From Coniocarpon cinnabarinum (taxonomy: Eukaryota), in NCBI GenBank assembly GCA_051942205.1, contig JAVECO010000039.1:1-64000 (forward strand): 64,000 bases of DNA, read 5' to 3'. Positions within the stretch are counted from its first letter, which is position 1. The number at the start of each line of letters is the position of its first letter. The position numbers were made by a program, and so were the translations under genes. The notes beneath the pieces are model-generated. The model did not search any database. It had not been told where the DNA came from and worked only from the letters and a program-made list of their open reading frames with translations. Shown one piece after another: positions 1 to 12,463 of the stretch.

Positions 1-1385
1 GCTTTGGGGTGGGGTGGTAATGATACCTTTTTTTCTTCTGTCCTGATGGATTTCTTTTATAGAAGGGGATTATGAAAATAGATAGATGGACGGGTGCCGT
101 CTTTGAATGAGAATAAGCGATGCTTTGATTATGAGAATGTGTCTTTGATGTAAGTGAAAATAGGGAAAAGGGAATGACCGGGCTTTTGAGGATATGAGGA
201 TTTGTAATGAACGGTTCTGGTTTCATGTTCGATAATTTGCTTCATGGGGAATGTACTTTGATACTGCGGCATGACTTGACATTTGCCGCCCGTGTCAGCA
301 GCGAAGCAGATCTTTGAATAGAGTGAGATACTGTACTGTACAGCCGATATCGAATTGGAATACCTGTGTTCATGTGTCAAAGCGTGGACGCGAACACATT
401 GAGCCCATCCAGCTCTTTGTGCCGTGGCATCAACGGCCGAGGCGTTACACAATGGCATGCAGAACTTTCGATACGACGAGGTGGATACTCCAGGCGATGC
501 AGCCTCCTTTACTAGCAGGAATATAGAATCGACGCTTAAATATCAGCGACGTTCATCTAACATTTCATTTAGACACTGTCGTTACAAGTTACAAAAGAGG
601 CTGCGTGAGCTCGCGAGAATGCAAAGAAAGTGTAGCAGGTGGACTCATGCAGACTAAGCTGCATCTAGCAGTGGACAGCCCTTTTGTCATGCCTCGCTGT
701 ATTGGAAAGATTACTGTCAAAATCAGCGCATGCATTCGAGCGATGGAGCCGAAACTCCTCTGATAAGCCGTCACGTTACAACATGTGATGCTGTTGTTCT
801 CGTTCCGACACCTTATGCTAGAGACATCGATGCAATAACTGAGTGGCTGCTTCGACATTCGTCAGTAGACCTTCGAAACAGTTCCTTGCGCACAGGGGCT
901 TGTAACCTCGATGACTGATGGAAACACGGCATGCGTGTCGTTGAGCCCCGTCTCGATTGACTGCTCAAGGAGATACATGCCAACGTGACTATGCATGACG
1001 CTGAGACTAGTGAGTGGCACCAAGCGCGTCAGGCAGGCTGTCTAGCCTGCAAAAGAGTCATAAGAGTGTCACCCTGAAGCGCCATCACCGTCAGAGCTCC
1101 TGTGTCTTGGCTCGTGTCGTCCTTGGAATGACTTGCGGAGGCTAGGTGAAGCGCGTTCCTGCTCTTTGAAGGCTCTGGAAAAGCATTGTTGCCTACGAGA
1201 AGCCTTCAGAAGGAGCTTCAGACGGCGTCGACCTCTCCTTGATATTTGTCGCAGCGACTGAGTCTGTGTCTCGGGTGGCGATCGATGAGGAGATAAGGCC
1301 GGAGGCGGCGCGATCAGTAGAGCAAGATCTTTCAGCGCATGACACATGCCTCAGTGACGCGCGTTGTTGGATTTGGCCCGACCTG

Positions 1386-1892
1386 TCAGTCTCTGCTATG
1401 CCACGACCAGGTGCGTACAGGCTGTTCCGACTGCATATCAGTCCACTCAAACAAAGCCGGAATGAGCGTCACAGAACGAAGACACTGAAGCTCGTTCAGC
1501 ATATCATTTCTTGCACTTCGTGCTTCCCAGAATGCATCCCACGGGTGAATGTGGCCCCCGTGTTGAGCGTCATTGATCATTTTTCCAAGCCTAGGTATTG
1601 CACTTTCGAGATCGGCGAGCCTTTGATGCAGAATGTCGTGAGCGATCCTCCGGCAACGTTTGTTGAAAGTGGCGACGGTGATGATGCGTGGCAAGCAAAA
1701 GTTGCCGGGATCCGTGTTATCGTTGCCGTCGGGTGGGACAGCATTGCGAACTCTAGCGTCGCACAATGCATGCGAGAATACTGTGGCATGCTCTTCAAGC
1801 TGTTTGTGGATGTACTTCGTCAATATTACCTCTTGAATATGCGCGGGAAGAATGGATGATATGGAAGCCAGTAAATTAGGTCTGCGTGGCAT
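1386..1892 (-). CDS. Hypothetical protein (168 aa, no recognised family)
   Basis: ATG-started ORF with globular, protein-like composition in an otherwise gene-free stretch; no motif recognised. Confidence 0.35.
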   Translation of the reverse strand: MPRRPNLLASISSILPAHIQEVILTKYIHKQLEEHATVFSHALCDARVRNAVPPDGNDNTDPGNFCLPRIITVATFNKRCRRIAHDILHQRLADLESAIPRLGKMINDAQHGGHIHPWDAFWEARSARNDMLNELQCLRSVTLIPALFEWTDMQSEQPVRTWSWHSRD

Positions 1893-3176
1893 GGTTGATC
1901 GTTACGTCTCCGGGACGAAATCGTTGAGGCGCCACGAACATCATGTGTCTGAAGCTAGAGGGAGCTAACACCTATACCTCCAGATGTCTTACAGTGGCTC
2001 AAAGAGGATAGTTTTCGAAGCTGGTAAGTAAAGTGCGCAAAGCTGCAAGCGTTATGGAGCTTGCGTCATGTCATATACACGTGCCAGAAACCTGATTACG
2101 CTCACATGAAACCACGTCTGTGCAGCCCTTCTCGAGCTCTTCAGATGAATCGAGAGTTTTGGCCGCATGATGGAACGCAGAATGTCGCGAATCCTCATTT
2201 CGGAGGGGTTGTACCTTGTAGGTCTTTCATCACGATAGATTGTACTCGCGTGGAATCAGCATTGCTCCAGACGCACTTTCTATGCCGTCTAAAGACACTA
2301 CCAAGACCGACATAGATTTAAGAAAGGCCAGTAACCAGGGTTTTACCAAACCTAACGACCTACCTCATCCACATTTGGGGCGAGGCGTGAGTCTGGTCAT
2401 CAAGCGCCTGAATTGAGCAATGTCTACGCTTTACAGCTCCGGACACGGATGCGAGAGCCTTGTTAAGCTCACAAAGCATCGTAGTAAGCTATGTTAAAGT
2501 GCTGTCGTCTGTAGCTTGGTGACTCTAGGACTGGCATGACTGAATTGAACATGGATACGACCATGCCTTTTTTGGTTAGGAGTCTCCTGAGCAGCTCCGT
2601 GTGCTTTGCTTATGTAATCGCTCCATTTCCTTCCCACTTCATCTGATCTTTCGACGCGCTACGCAAACAGAATTAGCATCGCAAAGTCCTGAGGTGAGTC
2701 GGAAAGAGTCAAGAATGATTGCGGAAGGGCTTCGTAAGCATTTTTGGGAGAAAAGGAAGACGAAAAAGTATAGGCAATGATGCTGTTCGCCTCGGGGTAA
2801 CAAAGCCCCACAGTAAAGCCTATCCACGCTAAGAAGCATAATTGGTACCCTATTTCCTTGCTTTGTGAGCGCACGAGCGCACAACCAAGTTGATTGAAGA
2901 GTGCCGCTCATTCTTCAGCAATACGTGACTCTCGAAGAGTTCTATGTACATTGTTTTCGGCGAAAACTGTGCGGGGCATTACTATGGCGAGGCAAAACAA
3001 GATGTGCCGGGTGCCGGGGCGTATGTAGAATAGCTTGCCTGCACCCCATGCCCGTCGACTAGGCGCAGTGCTTTCGACCTTGTTGCCCGCGTCAATTCCA
3101 TGCGCTCGCCCCCTGAGCGCTACTTGAGGTCCAAAAAACTTCAACTTATAGTCTCTTCAAGCACAGAGGCAAAAGA

Positions 3177-3273
3177 TGATTGCACCCAGGTTCGAACTGG
3201 GGACCTTGAGTGCGCAAGAACACGGACGAAACCAATGTTAGACTCACGTGATAACCAACTACACCATGCAACC
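3177..3273 (-). tRNA. tRNA-Val(AAC) with 23-nt intron (3213-3235)
   Basis: Minus strand reads GGTTGCA TG GTGT AGTTGGTT ATCAC G TGAGT CT-AAC-A [intron] C ACTCA AGGTC CCCAG TTCGAAC CTGGG TGCAATC A. This is a full cloverleaf with A/B boxes, an intron after position 37 and a T4 terminator immediately downstream. Confidence 0.96.
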
Positions 3274-3535
3274 GTGATATTAATGGCTGTGAAATATCTT
3301 TGCATGAATATGTTCTACGCAAATCTGCGGAGCTGCCGTGAAGAGATGGAGCTTCTTTGTGCCGGAAAACCAATTCAAGGGCTCTTCAGATTGCACGGAT
3401 CTGGTTTTTGAAGTGAACTAATTGCGCTTATCAAAGGGGATTTCCCATTCACAAGGTACGGATAAGGTATCGACAGAACTACACTGGAACATGAGCTAGC
3501 TTCGTGAGCCAGCTACGTCAATAGGACGCTTCAAT

Positions 3536-5811
3536 CTACAGTGCGCTCTCAACAACCTCGTTCATAGGCCTGACCATCTCTTGCACCTTCTTGAGATCAC
3601 CCTTGACGTCTCCATTCGCTATGGGAATCTGCTTTCGCCTAGTCACTGCATCTTCTCTCTGCATCTCTATAGGCTGCAACACGTCCTCGAAATACCTTTT
3701 CACATCGTCAAAATCGTCTAAGCTACCAACGTACGCTACGTGCTGATCTGGACGCGTAATAATGACACAGCCAGCCTCGCGATCGATGCCGTAGTTCTTA
3801 TAGGCTTCACCGTGGCCCTCGTGGAAAGACTCGTCGTCTACGAATATTGAATCATAATCCCAGCCGCGCTGTGGATCGAACGGTCGTAAAAAGTCGGGAA
3901 AGTCGAAGATGTCCACAGACGTTCTAGGCGCCGAATGAATGGTGAGGACCTGGATGACAGAGTGTGGTGATGCGTCAGAGGGCGTAACGCGATGTATCGG
4001 GCCGTCTGCAGCATCAAGCCTTTTCACAAATTTCTCGAGGCGCGCCTTTTGTTCAGAAGATCTGATGTTGCCAGCAAAGAGAATTATTCGAAAGCGTCCG
4101 TCCGCGCGTAGAAGCTGCGCAAGATGCCAAGGTCCTGTGTCGCTCTGATTGAGGACTTTGTACGAGGGAATGCGCTTGCCAAGAGGTGCGCCAGGTGCGA
4201 GCTCTTGCTTTGCCACCACCGCAGCCTGCCTAATGCTGTCGCCTGTGCCATTTTGGCCATTGGTAGGGTGCTCTGCGGGCGGCTTTGCGACAAGGGTGCT
4301 TCTGTCATACTCGACTGATATTCCAGCCAAGAAGAATGCCGCCTTCTCGAACGTGTCCTTGAATACTGCCATGGATACGCCTGTTTCATCCAGGATGTCC
4401 TTGGCTGGTCGACCCGAGAAAAGGCGCGAAAACTTATGGTCAAAGTCGATCAGCTCGTGGGCAATCTTCTTGCGTTCAAATTCGTATGTCTTCAAGATTG
4501 ACCTTGGCGAAAGACCCTTGACCACCAAGCCAAGCTTCCAGCCTAGATTGAATGTATCATGCATACTGACGTTCATGCCCTGACCGGCTTTCGGACTGTG
4601 CGTGTGGACAGCGTCGCCTGCAAGAAAAATACGCTCGTCACGGCTGAATCGCTCTCCAACTCGTTGACCGATTTGATACGCTGTCCACCAGTCGCAGTAT
4701 TGATATGTGATATTGTAAGGCGCCAGGATCCGTTGTGCAGCCTTGATGATGCTCTCTGGACTTATCTTGGAGCGATCAGCACGCCCACTTGCGTCCGGTG
4801 CTACCTCCGTGAGCTGAATATACAGTCTCACGAGCTTATTCTCACGAGGTATGACCATGAGACTGCCGGAAGAAGCACTATGGACCGCGCAGCGACAACG
4901 TATATCAGGAAAGTTCGTGATGGGTATGATGTCTCGGCGAACGTCAGCACATGCCTGCAACTTTGACTGAGAAAGAGTAGCTCACCCAGGACGCCCCAAA
5001 TAAAGTCAGTCATCTTTCCCTCCAGTTGGTAGCCTAGCTGCCGCCTGATCCAGCTGTGCGCGCCATCGCATCCGATCATGTACTTGGCCTTGACAGTCTC
5101 CACTTCACCTTCGTTCCTTTGACTTTTGCGAATGAGGTCGTCTGTGTCGTCCTCAGCCAGCGAGCTTCGAAACAGTCCATCTGGAATAGATGTAAGATTC
5201 TGTGCAGGCGTGGCTTCTTGCTCCGTCAAATGTCGCAACTGGACAGTAATGGGATATGCATCGTTATCGTCTACTTGCGTCTGATCGTAATGAAGAGACT
5301 CTGGCATCACGCCCCGCTCGACCTCTATCTTCGAATATTTCCTCATGTGATCCAGGAAGAAGCGCTCAATACGACCCTGGTGCAAGACCACTTCGTGAAA
5401 CCGCGACATCCCCGGTTTCGTGTCAGGCATTCTATCGGAGCGTCGGATGACTCCATCCTCGCCAGGATTCTGGCAAACATCTCAGTGGCAATCATGGATC
5501 TATTCGAGAAGCTCTACGTACCCACATACAGAACTACGTTCTCAGCCCATGTCTATCATTCAATCTAACGGCATACATACTTCGAGCATGTGATTCGCCT
5601 CCTTGTACACACGGTCCGCAAAGCCAAAGCTGTCGAAGATCTCGAGGCTCCGACATTGCAGTCCATCCGCCTGACCGTTGAATATCTTGGTCCCTCTCTT
5701 GTCCACGATCCTCGTCTTCACCCCAAGACGCGCCATCCAAGTGGCTGCCATGAGGCCAGCCGGACCAGCGCCAACAATCAGGACGTCGACATGGCTATCG
5801 TCACCAGCCAT
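3536..5811 (-). CDS. Phenol 2-monooxygenase-like FAD-dependent aromatic hydroxylase (4 exons: 5811-5581, 5533-5522, 5469-4986, 4932-3536)
   Basis: GAGPAG Rossmann motif, GQADGL, IGCDGAHS (DG motif), FLAGDAVHTHSPKAGQGMN (GD motif) and C-terminal dimerisation domain (RPDQHV); three introns restore the frame. Confidence 0.95.
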
Positions 5812-6322
5812 ATTTGCGGTACTGTGTTCAGGTTATGTCCAGGATCATGTCGCTGTCGAGAAAGCGACCTTCATCAGCCGCAGTGATGCGCGTTGGCCGG
5901 AGACGCTCCGCGAATATCAGCCGAATCTGCCGCTTGGCTGCATGCGCTGGGTGTGCTCTGCACCTTCGGCAGTAGATGCGGCGGGGTGGATGGGCTAGCT
6001 GAAGATTAACTTTAACTCGCGGCTCTGCAGAGTGGCGCGAGCGCTAGTAGGCGATGCGTCAGACATAGTCCGAGCCATACTTCACCACGAACGCGTGCAG
6101 TAAGCGACGCGAACAACTTGATATTCGCCAGCGAATTGCCACTGAATGCGCACTCAATGTCAGGGGTAGTGAAGGGATGATAAGAAAGAATCCGGAATAT
6201 CTGTTCTTCCGATACCAAGTCTAAGTACCCAAGTTCACTCAACCCAATAAACAAATGATAGAAGCCAAAATCTTTTAGCAATCAAGACACAAAGTCAGTT
6301 GACGCGCGCATGATCCATTACA

Positions 6323-7540
6323 TCAATGCCGACGCCGCTCTTCCTTTCTCTTGCCCTCTCTTTTGCGCCGCCGACGATGACTGCTCTCCTCAACCTCGAG
6401 ATCTTGCTGTGGCTCGTCATCGATGATACTTCCACGATTCGATGCAGTCGAGGTGCGCTCATCGGATCTCCTATTGGAAAGTCTGCTAGTTTGACCCTCG
6501 CCGCTCCGGCGATTCGTCTGTCGCTCGAATAGTTCCTCGCGATCACCATGGTGGTATCGCTCTTGTCTGGGAGTCGTAGGCGACCTAACCTCGCCAATGT
6601 ACTGCTTGGCTCCTTCATACCTTTTCTTAGTTGCAGCCGAAAGTTCCTGGTCACGGTCACGGTCTCGGATCCGCTCTTCCAGGTGACTCAGCCTGTACTC
6701 CACTGTTCGTTCAGTTTTGAGGCGTCGATTTTCTTCTTCCACCTCAGCCAGTCGCTTCGTCAACTCTGCAAACTCTCCTGCAGACCCTGCAGAGGCAGCC
6801 GAGCCCCACGACTGTTGATTCTGAGCTCGCCTCTCAGTTCGATACATGGCTCGACTGACTTCGGGGTTCATGTCTGCGGCCTGGCCTTCAGCTGCCGGTG
6901 GTGAGTTCTGTGCCGAGCGCGGGGGCGAGTGCACTGTGAGAGGGACGCCTTGTCCGGGACGCTTTTGCTGAGAAGGATTAGTCTCCGTCGATGGTGGTGT
7001 GTATTGACCGTTCTTCTTCCGGTAAGCAGACTCAGGCTTTGAGGTTGGTGAAGTCTTAGTGTTGGTGTTAATGGATCGACGCTTCACCTCTGGAGAGGTG
7101 GGCGCGGACCTGCCTGACTCGCGTCGAGTCCTGCTGGTCACAGGTGCCTGCGGCTGCTCGAGGACAATTGCCCGTTCTACTGAGGCTCGAGGCTGGTGCT
7201 GATGACCTTGATTGGCCACAGGTATGCGTGACCCCGGGGGATGTTGTACCGGCTGAGTTTGGATTGGAGGTGGTCTGGGGGGATTGGCGTTTGGCCCAGT
7301 CCTTTCCCAGTGTCCACGCCCACTACTACCTGGCGGAAGAGCAGACGGAGGCTGGTCCGGAACAGACGGAATGGAGGAGCCCGAGGTGCGAGGATTCCGG
7401 TGACGGATCACACCGCCCTCGTATTCACGAGTGTTCGGGCAAGGACGCTGGTTCTGACTATACCCACAGAGATAGACGTACGGCTGCCTGAGTTGTTCGT
7501 TGTTGGGCCAGAGGTGAGTTACCCACTCTTTGCGGCACAT
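6323..7540 (-). CDS. Hypothetical protein: N-terminal Cys-containing segment, long P/S/Q/R-rich disordered region, coiled coil
   Basis: 405-aa ATG ORF with no stop, preceded on the minus strand by a CT-rich promoter/5'UTR tract (~7700-7940). Confidence 0.6.
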   Translation of the reverse strand: MCRKEWVTHLWPNNEQLRQPYVYLCGYSQNQRPCPNTREYEGGVIRHRNPRTSGSSIPSVPDQPPSALPPGSSGRGHWERTGPNANPPRPPPIQTQPVQHPPGSRIPVANQGHQHQPRASVERAIVLEQPQAPVTSRTRRESGRSAPTSPEVKRRSINTNTKTSPTSKPESAYRKKNGQYTPPSTETNPSQQKRPGQGVPLTVHSPPRSAQNSPPAAEGQAADMNPEVSRAMYRTERRAQNQQSWGSAASAGSAGEFAELTKRLAEVEEENRRLKTERTVEYRLSHLEERIRDRDRDQELSAATKKRYEGAKQYIGEVRSPTTPRQERYHHGDREELFERQTNRRSGEGQTSRLSNRRSDERTSTASNRGSIIDDEPQQDLEVEESSHRRRRKREGKRKEERRRH

Positions 7541-10500
7541 AGGCTCGAATGGCGAGAAGGTGAGAGTGTACTCCTTGAAGATTGAAACCAGTAGAGTGTC
7601 CGGGCTCTATGCCTTCCCAGTAGGAGGAACGTACAGAGCCCAAAACGAGAGGTCGACTTGGTGACGAGCTGAAAGAACAAATGGGTGCGGAAAATTTGAA
7701 CAACGGCAGTAGGAAGAGGTGGGGGAGGACTTTTATATCAGAACAATGTCACGTGGTTCAGTCGAGGCTCTTCAGGAAGGCTGAGATGAATCAATGATGA
7801 AATTGATGGGACTGCGTGGAGGATTGATGATGAAAGTCGAAGGGAAGAAGACGAAAGATAAGAGGTGCGAGCCAGGGAGGTGGGAGAATGAGGTGGGGGG
7901 GGTGTTCCCAGAAAGGAAGAGGGACGAAATAGGTGATGGTGCGGCCGTGCTGTGATTGCTGCCTTAAGCTGTTCACGCGGGCGCTTGAATGCAACAGTGA
8001 GTTCGGTGGATTGTGAGCATGCAGCGATGCAGGAGGAGCATTGGGTCTATTTGTCCTCCTTGGCTTTGCTGATGTGTTGAATACAAACCTCGACGTCCTC
8101 GAACACCGCCGTGAGGCATCTGGGGGGCCTTCCGACAGAGGCTGTGCAGGAGTGGCTTGCACGCGTGAGCGCGGGATGGAAATCACCACCATCGCAATGG
8201 TCTGCTCCTCAGACGCTAGTTCCGTTGTTCTTTCACCGGATGTGCGCGCTACCCTCAATGGCCGTTCGCTTACACTTGGAGGGACGTCGTGAGGATGACC
8301 CAGCTGCATCGGTGGTACTCCTGGGGTGGGTCTGCATTGGGAAGGGAGTGAGCCCTTAACCGGACGGACCCTTCCACGCCTTCCTGCACACTCGCCCCCG
8401 CGCTCCTCTGTGGATCCTTCTCCAATCACACATCGCGATTGCGGTTTTTCAGCTTCGACGTCCGGTGTTGGTCTTCGCCGATGACTCGCGGTTTTGCCCA
8501 AGCTGCCTAGCAGATGGGCACCCGACCGAGCGTGTTACGACGAAAGTGAACATGTTCATGCTGCGGACAATTGAGTTTGCCGCTAGGCTGTGAGGGGTTT
8601 GGCCGCAACGATCTTGCCGTGCCACTATCACCAAGCACCTACTCTAGTGAATTCTGTCTTCTGCCATCCTCCCCCCTCCGTCATTATCATCGACGCCGTG
8701 CACCTTTCCCTCGGGAATCTTGCGGCCAGCATGCCGCTATGCATACGCTACCGGCCCTCGGCCAAGTGTCACATTGCAAATATGCGATTGCGGTTATGTG
8801 GTAGCAAAAGCGTGCATCTAGCCAAGACGCAGATCCCGTCTTTGCCTCTTGTATACTGCAAATCAGTTTGAGTGAATTCCTCCATCATCGTGCGTAGGGG
8901 GCGCAAACGAGGCGTGTCACAGTTTCGAGCAGAGACCACGTTGTCAATGCTGATCTGGGCGCGAGCATGTCATTCTCAGAGGACAAGATGCCCACGCGCA
9001 ACACAGCCCCGGCCTTGCACAAACGACCAACATTTGCCAAGGCTGGCCAAAATGCCCTCCTCACTTTGCTCGCCGTCATCGTGCCGCATGCTTTAGGCCT
9101 CCAAGATTGCGTTTCAACCGTGGCGTGACCATGTTTGCATGCAAGCCATGTGAAACATTGCGCTCAGCATGACGACGTAGGTGGGAAAACGACAAGTAGC
9201 TTTGCGCTCACACTGCTTGACCGAAGACCCTCGCCAAGCCACCGTGTTCGCCTACAGCGCGCAGAGATGCATCTATGCAGGAATACCAAGGTGCTTGCGA
9301 ATACCTGCGTGCTACATGCGGAAGGTGATCCTTCCTGTGGTAATTTGACGCGTTCATTCACCGCAATTCAGACTCGGAGTGTTGCAACGCTGTTCGTGCC
9401 ATTCCGGCATAAGGGAGCTTTCACGTTTTGGGATGCGGCTGAAAACCCAGGGTATTGCGTCCCAACGCATTTGTCTTCGCGTGCAGACATGGTCCACCTC
9501 CGCACACTAAATCCACGGATGATCATAAGGCCATCTTGCTTCCGTCCCATAGCACATGCCAAAACCACCCGGAAGGTTCCAGAGCTGGCAAGACCGGCCC
9601 TGTCTACTCTCCTCCGGCGGCTTCAATGCGCGTCAGCCCTCGACAGAGTTGGCTTTCACCGGAGAAGACATGACCTGCCGCCTCTCGACAGAATTCGCGC
9701 ATTCCTTGGCAATTGGCGACCTTACCCGTGGATGACATGTGAAGTGAGCCGAGACATTGTTGCATCTGGAAGGAGTGTCAGCCACAGGTGGCTGATTGAT
9801 TCTGACGATGTGAAATGAAAGAGGCGGGCGTGACTGGAGGGCCTTGCGGGAAGTGCTGTGGCTAATATTACCACCAGCCACAGCACGGCAGGAGATCGCT
9901 AGAACTTGCCTCTCCTCACACGCCTTCAGAATCACTTGAGACCTTCATCATCGAAATAGCGTAACAGCAACGGTTCGCGCTGCTTAGGCAACAGGACATG
10001 TTCACCTTCAAGCGAGACATTCGTGGTAAAATGCCTCTCGACGTAGTCGCACATGCAAGTAGGGAGCGCCAACACCTCTCAGGCGTTGCGCTTTGCAAAT
10101 TCAGTAGCTTTGCGCCTTTTGGCTCATCCTAGCGCCTTTGAAAGCTAACCTCAAGTCCTTGCGCTTGCTGTCAAGGCTATGGAGCAATCGAGAGGAAGAT
10201 AGCGAGACAGTTGAAGGACTTTGTCCCAAAGAAGCCTGATGCCCTGACATAAGGCAAATTTACTTCATTCATGGACTCAACTGCGCACGATTACAAGCAC
10301 GAACAGCGTTTGAATGTTCGTTGAGAGGATGGCAAGCTCCTCGAAGCTCGAAAAAGCATCTGTTCCACTGAGGTGTGTAGTAGACGGACTATTCAAGGAT
10401 CAAGACGCCGAACGTCAACGCATCCTGATTCGCGCTCATCAAGTTACGCCAGCATCCCAAGACACTTCCACACTCCCCACCATCCAAGTCAGAAAGAGGC

Positions 10501-11220
10501 CACGTAGCACGTTCAACTCCTCCTTCGAAAAACACTCCTCGACGGGAAGGAACCCGTTTCACCTTGCGCACTAAACCCAAAGCAGTCCCGCACCGCCCCA
10601 ACCTTTGAACCTTGGCAGGGATCGCGACGACTTCCCGCTCCATCTGGACCTTCGTCTTGCCCTCTTTCAAGAACTTGAAACGTGGGAGAGAATGTGTGGA
10701 GTGCTCAGCTGACGGCTCAGGCCGCTTGAGCGTGATATGGGACCTCTCGAGCAAAAGGGAGATCAGACCCCTCGTTTCTGTTCAGATGTTTGATGTTTGT
10801 TAGTTGAATCCCATCGCTGCCATCCTCTCCTTGACCAACTCTCTCCTTCTCGATCTTGAGAGCTTTCATTCACTTGATTGTTGCTTAGAGTGCGGCGAGC
10901 TGGTGCTTCCGTAATAGGTCACAAACAGCGAATAGTTCTGTGTCTACGCCTTTACCTTCCTTTCATTTCCGTCGTCGACGTAATTCTGCTTGCTTCGCAG
11001 CAGGCTGTGTGGCATTGCGACTTGGTCTGATACCTTTGCGTGGATAGCCGAAAGGCACACTGGGGCTTAGACTACAGTCAACAAAATCTGCTCCTCGAGC
11101 AGAAACAAACACACCTTCTTTCTGTGCTCAGCGACTTGCAAACACAGTCACTGAACGATCACATTCTCTCTCACCACCGTCTAATCGATCAAGAGACAAC
11201 AGATCCAAACGACAGTCAAG

Positions 11221-12129
11221 ATGCTCGCGTCCACACTCGCGAGCTTTCTCCTCCTCACACTCGCCTCGGCGCAGGACTCCTCATCTTCAGACGCCCGCAG
11301 CTCTTCTTCGACTCCCGCGTCCCCAGGCTCCGACATCAACACTCCAAACGCCGCGCCTCTCACTCAAGCAGCAGTCGGCCCCGTCCCCACAAGCGACAAC
11401 GCGAACCCCACGCCCGTCATCCCATCCACCTACCTCCCCATCATGATCCCCACGGGCACCACCCTCCACGCGTCCGTCGTCACCGCCGCCCCAGACGGCA
11501 ACCAACTCGTCATGGCCGTCCAATGCGCCGACTCGATCTGCGCTGGCGATCCCCCCGCCACGGCCTCCTTCTCCCTCGACACCGACGCGGGCACAGGCTC
11601 CTACACCTTCGCGTGGACGGCGAAGAACGACCCCAAGAACTCGACCTCCTACGGCTGCGCACTGACCACCGATCTGCAGAAGAACGTCGACTGCACGGTC
11701 GCCGGACCCAGCGGTATCACTGTCACAGATAGCCAGTACGCTAATTATCCCATGGCGACGCTGGTGGCGCCCTGGCCAAGCGGCGCCGCGTACATCGTCG
11801 GCGTTACAGAGGGCGCCGGGAAATTGCCTACGAGCAGCTTGATGTGCGGGAAGAGCACTTGTGACCAGCGACAGGTATCCGCGGCAGAGGCGGCGGTATC
11901 GAGCATGTCGGGCGGTAGTTCGATGTCTGGACCTGCGAGTGCGTCTGCGAGCGCGACTGGAAGCTCGATGGGCGGCGACGCGATGAGCACTGCTGAGAGC
12001 GGGAGTGCCAGTGCTGCAAGTGCGAGTGGCAGCGCTCAACCTAGTAGCGGGGCGAGTGCTCAGAAATTGGTGGGCAGCGCCGGATTGGCCATGGCTATTG
12101 TGGCTGCTGTCGGATGTGTGGCGCTATGA
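11221..12129 (+). CDS. Secreted, probably GPI-anchored Ser/Ala-rich cell-wall protein
   Basis: Signal peptide MLASTLASFLLLTLASA, a 6-Cys central domain, a Ser/Ala/Gly-rich stalk, an omega-like SGAS site and hydrophobic tail GLAMAIVAAVGCVAL. Confidence 0.88.
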   Translation: MLASTLASFLLLTLASAQDSSSSDARSSSSTPASPGSDINTPNAAPLTQAAVGPVPTSDNANPTPVIPSTYLPIMIPTGTTLHASVVTAAPDGNQLVMAVQCADSICAGDPPATASFSLDTDAGTGSYTFAWTAKNDPKNSTSYGCALTTDLQKNVDCTVAGPSGITVTDSQYANYPMATLVAPWPSGAAYIVGVTEGAGKLPTSSLMCGKSTCDQRQVSAAEAAVSSMSGGSSMSGPASASASATGSSMGGDAMSTAESGSASAASASGSAQPSSGASAQKLVGSAGLAMAIVAAVGCVAL

Positions 12130-12463
12130 GGTGGAAAGACATCTGCTCTTATGGGCGGGTGATGCCTCAGACGATGATTCGGTGACGACGGAGGTGGTTC
12201 AGAATCGATCTGGCGGATGCTCGTCGTGATAATCAGTCTTTCGCTCACATGCAGAGGTGGTGACGGCTTCGAAATACGTTCTCTTGACAGATGTGTCATC
12301 CGGAGTGGCGTACGCCTACTTCTGGGTCGACGATTCAGATAATTTCCTTTCTATTCTAATGATACACGATCATTATCAGACCCTTCGCCATTGCAAGTGC
12401 TTCTACTTCTGTGTACCTAGAACAGTGTCCAGAACATCTTCGCAGTCCACGGACACAAGACTT

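Noticed and set aside
2555..2570. ATACGACCAT resembling the 5' end of fungal 5S rRNA
   Set aside because: Similarity ends after ~10 nt and there is no internal control region.
7791..10803. Several 60-236 aa ORFs in the divergent intergenic region
   Set aside because: Mostly non-ATG starts, no motifs or coding-like bias, and no coherent splice model.
11040..12039. Long overlapping and antisense ORFs over the GPI protein gene
   Set aside because: Shadows of GC-rich codon usage in the real gene.
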